Shown piece after piece: positions 60,507 through 64,000 of a stretch of DNA of 64,000 bases. The stretch comes from Moniliella sp. 'wahieum' (Eukaryota). Every line of letters begins with the position of its first letter. The stretch's first letter is position 1. The stretch is taken from positions 124,001-188,000 of the forward strand of contig RSEE01000103.1 in the NCBI GenBank assembly GCA_003971905.1, in the 5' to 3' direction. The notes beneath the pieces are model-generated. The model worked only from the letters and a program-made list of their open reading frames with translations, searched no databases and was not told the DNA's origin. A program made the position numbers and the translations under genes.

Positions 60507-61819
60507 ATGGGCCTGTTTACTAAGACCTTTCCCAAGGATCATTTCGTGGGCCCAAACTACCGTTTCCATCTCTCACACCACCCTCCTTGCTTGACCCCCC
60601 TTCAACCACGACCTCGACCTCTACCCGCCCTCTACCTCCCCCTCCACTCCCCAGACCGCGCCTTCCACAAAGGTCCCACTGCTCCGATCATCCTACCCCC
60701 CCCCGTCACCTCCAAATCGCCACACTCGCCACGCTCACCCCGACCTAAGCTTCTCGCTTTCCCTCAAAGCGCTCACTCTACTATTTCCACCAAAGTTCGG
60801 CCTTGGAGATCGGGTAGAGATATCACCCACACCGACCCGAGGTGGAGAAGATGTATCGCGCATCACAGTCAACGTTGCAGGTCTTCCCGTTCATGTTTAT
60901 GGGTGGGACGAGCTGACGCCTTTAGGAGGTCCCAACGTTCCGCCGAAAATCACGATGGTGATTCACCTGCATAACCGTCTTGGCTCAGCCAGCAAGTCCG
61001 AGGGCCTGGTGCGACAATTGTACCACCGCATCCGCACCTTACGCAACAAGCAAACCAAAGCCCCAGATGTGTTAGTGTGCGCCTTCGATCAGCGCAACCA
61101 TGGTCACCGGCGAACGAGTGAGACGGGACAAAAAATGTGGAATGAGGGAAACAAGACCCATGCGGTGGACTTGTATGCAATGTATGACGGAACCTCGCGC
61201 GACGTGTCGTACCTCATCGATTACCTCCCGCTCTACCTCTTCGCCCATGATGAGCGCAAGGTAACCACTTGGGCGGTGACAGGGCAAAGTATGGGAGGTC
61301 ATGCCGCCTGGCACGTCCTTCAGAATGACCCTAGGGTAAGCATTGGGGTACCTATTGGGGGTATGCCGTCGATCAATAAGCTCCTGGCCCATCGAACGGC
61401 GAGCAACTTTGTCCCTAATGCCCCGCCCTTCGTTCCTACTGGCCTACGAAACTTGATTGCGCGAACGGATCCTGCGGCGGTATGGGCGACCAACGCAGAG
61501 ACGGCGAAGCTGGCTCATGTACGGCCACCCAATCCCTTTTGGGGCAAAAAATTCTAGTGCTTTCCGGTCAAGACGACCGGGTGGTACGATGGGAGTATAC
61601 GTCTGAGTTTGTTGATGAACTGTTTGTCGACAACTACCGTTCCTTTGCACACCCCAACAAGGCATTTCCATGGCCAGCGCCAGGCCAAGCTCCACCCAAA
61701 GGTATGCCACGGCCCGGGCTCAAAGTGGTCTCTACCCCGGTGTGGGACATGCGGTCACACCCGCTATGGTGGACCAGGCAGCGGAATGGTTGTGGTACTG
61801 GGGCGTTGCTCTCCATTGA
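60507..61819 (+). CDS. Alpha/beta-hydrolase fold protein with a Pro-rich N-terminal extension
   Basis: VAGLPVHVYG, HLHNRLGS, AFDQRNHGHR, nucleophile elbow TGQSMGGHAAW (GxSxG), ILVLSGQDDRVV (Asp), YPGVGHAVTPAMV (His). Confidence 0.85.
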
Positions 61820-62489
61820 CCCTCTCGTTTTTCCGGCGTCTCGGTATGCTGCCAGGGTGTTGGCAGGTATACGCCCCTTTACCTCTTTTGTCTCTATTAC
61901 CTTCTCCTACCACATCGCGTTTCCTCCTTTTCCCCACGTTTTCTCTCTCTAACGGTTCCGGTTTTTCTCCGTATATACCACTCGGGTACACCTGTTTTTT
62001 TCGATCTCCCAACACACAGCGCAGCGCAGCGCTCGACGCAAAACACAGTGACCGGTGACCTAACTTGGGATTGCTTGTCACCCTCTGAGGCTACTTAAAC
62101 ACTCCATTACAACTTCACACTTGTCCCACGATACCTTACGATTTCATCACATCTGCTCCCATTCCCGCGCCTGCCATCCGCATCGCTGGTATAGCTTGGG
62201 CAGAAGAGCAAGCACTATGAGGGACAGTGGAAAACATAGTAAGAGCGTCATTGGCGTTGTTGCGTTGACGCGGACGTCGAGCACGTCGAACGTGGAACTT
62301 CATATCAGATCTCAGAATCTCTCCGATCCGGAATTCAGACACAACCCTATGCAGCGGAGGGTGCAACCCTACTGCTGGGAGGGCTCCACCTCATTTCCGC
62401 GCGGCGAGGATTTATCTCATCAAGACGCCGTACGAAGCGCCACCGCCACTTGTGCCCAACACCCAACATCCCACACCCCAACCACCGCC

Positions 62490-63419
62490 ATGGCGCTGTG
62501 TCCCTTGTCCAGCGCTGGTAACGGCGTCCCCCCGCCGCTATCCGATGGTCCGCTACCATCACAATCTACCTCGCTGACCCTCCGCCTTTTCTCCACGGCA
62601 TCACCGCTGCCAACGGCGAAGTGTGCATCAGCGACGAGGCTATCCGCTTCTCTGCCGCTCCGGGCGGAGTGAGTTTTGTGCTGGCCCCACGGCAGTGGCA
62701 GTACATGCACTCAGTCCGCTTCCCCAACATCCTGAGCGGGAAGCACTTTACATCCTCATTGATGATGCCCCGGACCAAGATGAGGGCGGAGCGGTAGAGC
62801 TGTGGATTTCGGCACCTGCTTCGGAGCGGGGACTTAAGGAGGCGTACGATGCCCTCTCTGAGGTGGTTAGGTTGCATACTCCATCTCCACCTACATGGGT
62901 GGAAGAGGACGAGGAAGGAAAGGAAGGAGATGGAGGAGAGGGAGAAGTGGAAGAGGGAACGTTTGACGATGCGGCGGGAGATTCGGATCAGGGTTCGGAA
63001 CCGGTTGGTTCAGAATTGGAGGGAGAGATGAATTTGAGTGTCCAGGGGAAGGTATGTTGGTTCCCGATCACCGATCACACAGAAGAGGGTACTGACTGGG
63101 CTCCCTAGCGCACGCTCGCACACTTGGAGAACATCTTGGATTGGCCATCGGACATTCCTGGACCTTTCCCCGGTGCCGCAGAACAGGGTCGATCGCCTGT
63201 AGCGACCACGGCCTTGTCTGCGTCCGCGTCACTAGGGGCGGGATTGTTCCCTACCGTCACTTCTCGGGGTTGCAACCTACGTCGTTCCCGCCCTTGCCCA
63301 GTACGATTTCTGAGCCCGAGGGGGACTTGACTGCCGACTTGACTGAAGGGGCTCTGGATGATGCAGAGGAAGAGCCAACGAGCTGGCCCAAGCCAAGGCG
63401 GAACCGGAAACAACGGTGA
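62490..63419 (+). CDS. ICln/Lot5 (Voldacs PH-like domain) protein
   Basis: GEVCISDEAIRF, TAVAVHALS, ALYILIDD, AVELWI, AYDALSEVVRLH, acidic tract, intron 63052-63108, TLAHLENILDWP, ..ALDDAEEE. Confidence 0.75.
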
Positions 63420-64000
63420 CGACCAAAAAAGCCCGACGCCTTCGCTGTATTGATCTTCACAGGTCTTCCACCGGAATTCTTTGAGTTTCCTCGCTTGGGA
63501 AAAGCGCTGCTGGACCTGCTTCATGCGTATGGCGAGTTGAGGCGGTACGTGCCGCTTCCAGCCCATGGACGTGCAATCGTGGTCTATGCCCAAACCGATG
63601 CGGCTGGGCGGGCCAAGGCAAAATTGGATCGCCTGCTGATTCCGCTGGAAGGCGATGCGCCAAGCGCTTCGTCTCAGTCGGGCGAAAAGGTGGTCCACTT
63701 GCCCGCCGGCAGAGCGGGTCTAGCGCTCCGTGTGTACTTTGGCCAGAAGGGCGACGAGCTCATCTGGGCTCCCCTGCCCAGTAAGACAACGGACGAGTCG
63801 AACCACCTCATTGTACCGGCAGCTGAACGCAACTTCCTCATCTCCCCTCCTGGCAGTCCGCCTGTGGGATGGGAACCGATCGTGGAGGATGCACCCAATC
63901 GAGACACGCTGGCAGACGACTTGATTGCAGCGTTGGGGCGGTTGCGAGATGTGGGTGGGATTGCCTTTGCCGACAACGACCTTTCTTTGGACGCGCAGCA
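63358..64000 (+). CDS. Calcipressin (RCAN/Rcn1/Cbp1 calcineurin regulator), 3' partial
   Basis: LIFTGLPPEFF..YVPLPAHGRAIVVY..LRVYFG (RRM-like), HLIVP (LxxP), signature NFLISPPGSPPVGWEPIVEDAPN, LADDLIAALGRL. The reading frame is absent from the ORF track because of an indel near 63445. Confidence 0.9.

Noticed and set aside
19342..63419. TGS1, PRP40 and ICln as an snRNP-biogenesis gene cluster
   Set aside because: About 20 kb apart from each other with unrelated genes between; compatible with chance.
1..64000. Pervasive frameshifts read as programmed frameshifting, RNA editing or mass pseudogenisation
   Set aside because: They hit nearly every gene, including SEC3, PRP40 and tRNA stems, often at homopolymers, while amino-acid motifs stay intact. 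That is the signature of long-read indel error; short-read polishing would confirm.

Overview
Eukaryotic, GC-rich, intron-poor fungal DNA. It is most likely a basidiomycete, possibly Ustilaginomycotina; that placement is inferred from protein motifs and GT..CTRAC..YAG introns, not from a search. Almost every gene is split across frames at or near homopolymers, including genes essential in model fungi (SEC3, PRP40) and two tRNA stems. This points to an unpolished long-read assembly, so CDS coordinates are reconstructions and approximate. Genes in order: Rvs167-type BAR-SH3 (5' partial); an apparent CRAL-TRIO (Sec14/Csr1-like) + Iml2/TTC39 fusion; PEX5 head-to-head with a TMEM135-like membrane protein; SEC3; TGS1; tRNA-Pro and tRNA-Tyr; Snx4-like PX-BAR; single-finger GATA factor; SDR; PRP40; an internally deleted RSP5 pseudogene; a hypothetical; Bem1/Scd2; a UBA-domain hypothetical; FMP25-like RCC1 protein; tRNA-Gln; an alpha/beta hydrolase; and an ICln/Lot5 ORF that runs into or overlaps a calcipressin ORF (3' partial). 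Most larger intergenic gaps hold very decayed non-LTR retrotransposon fragments of two kinds, CRE-like (RT + CCHC + restriction-like endonuclease) and APE-type LINE. The strongest leads are the CRAL-TRIO-TTC39 fusion, the ICln/calcipressin overlap, the RSP5 relic and the dispersed retroelement relics. All family assignments come from motif recognition by eye; no searches were run.
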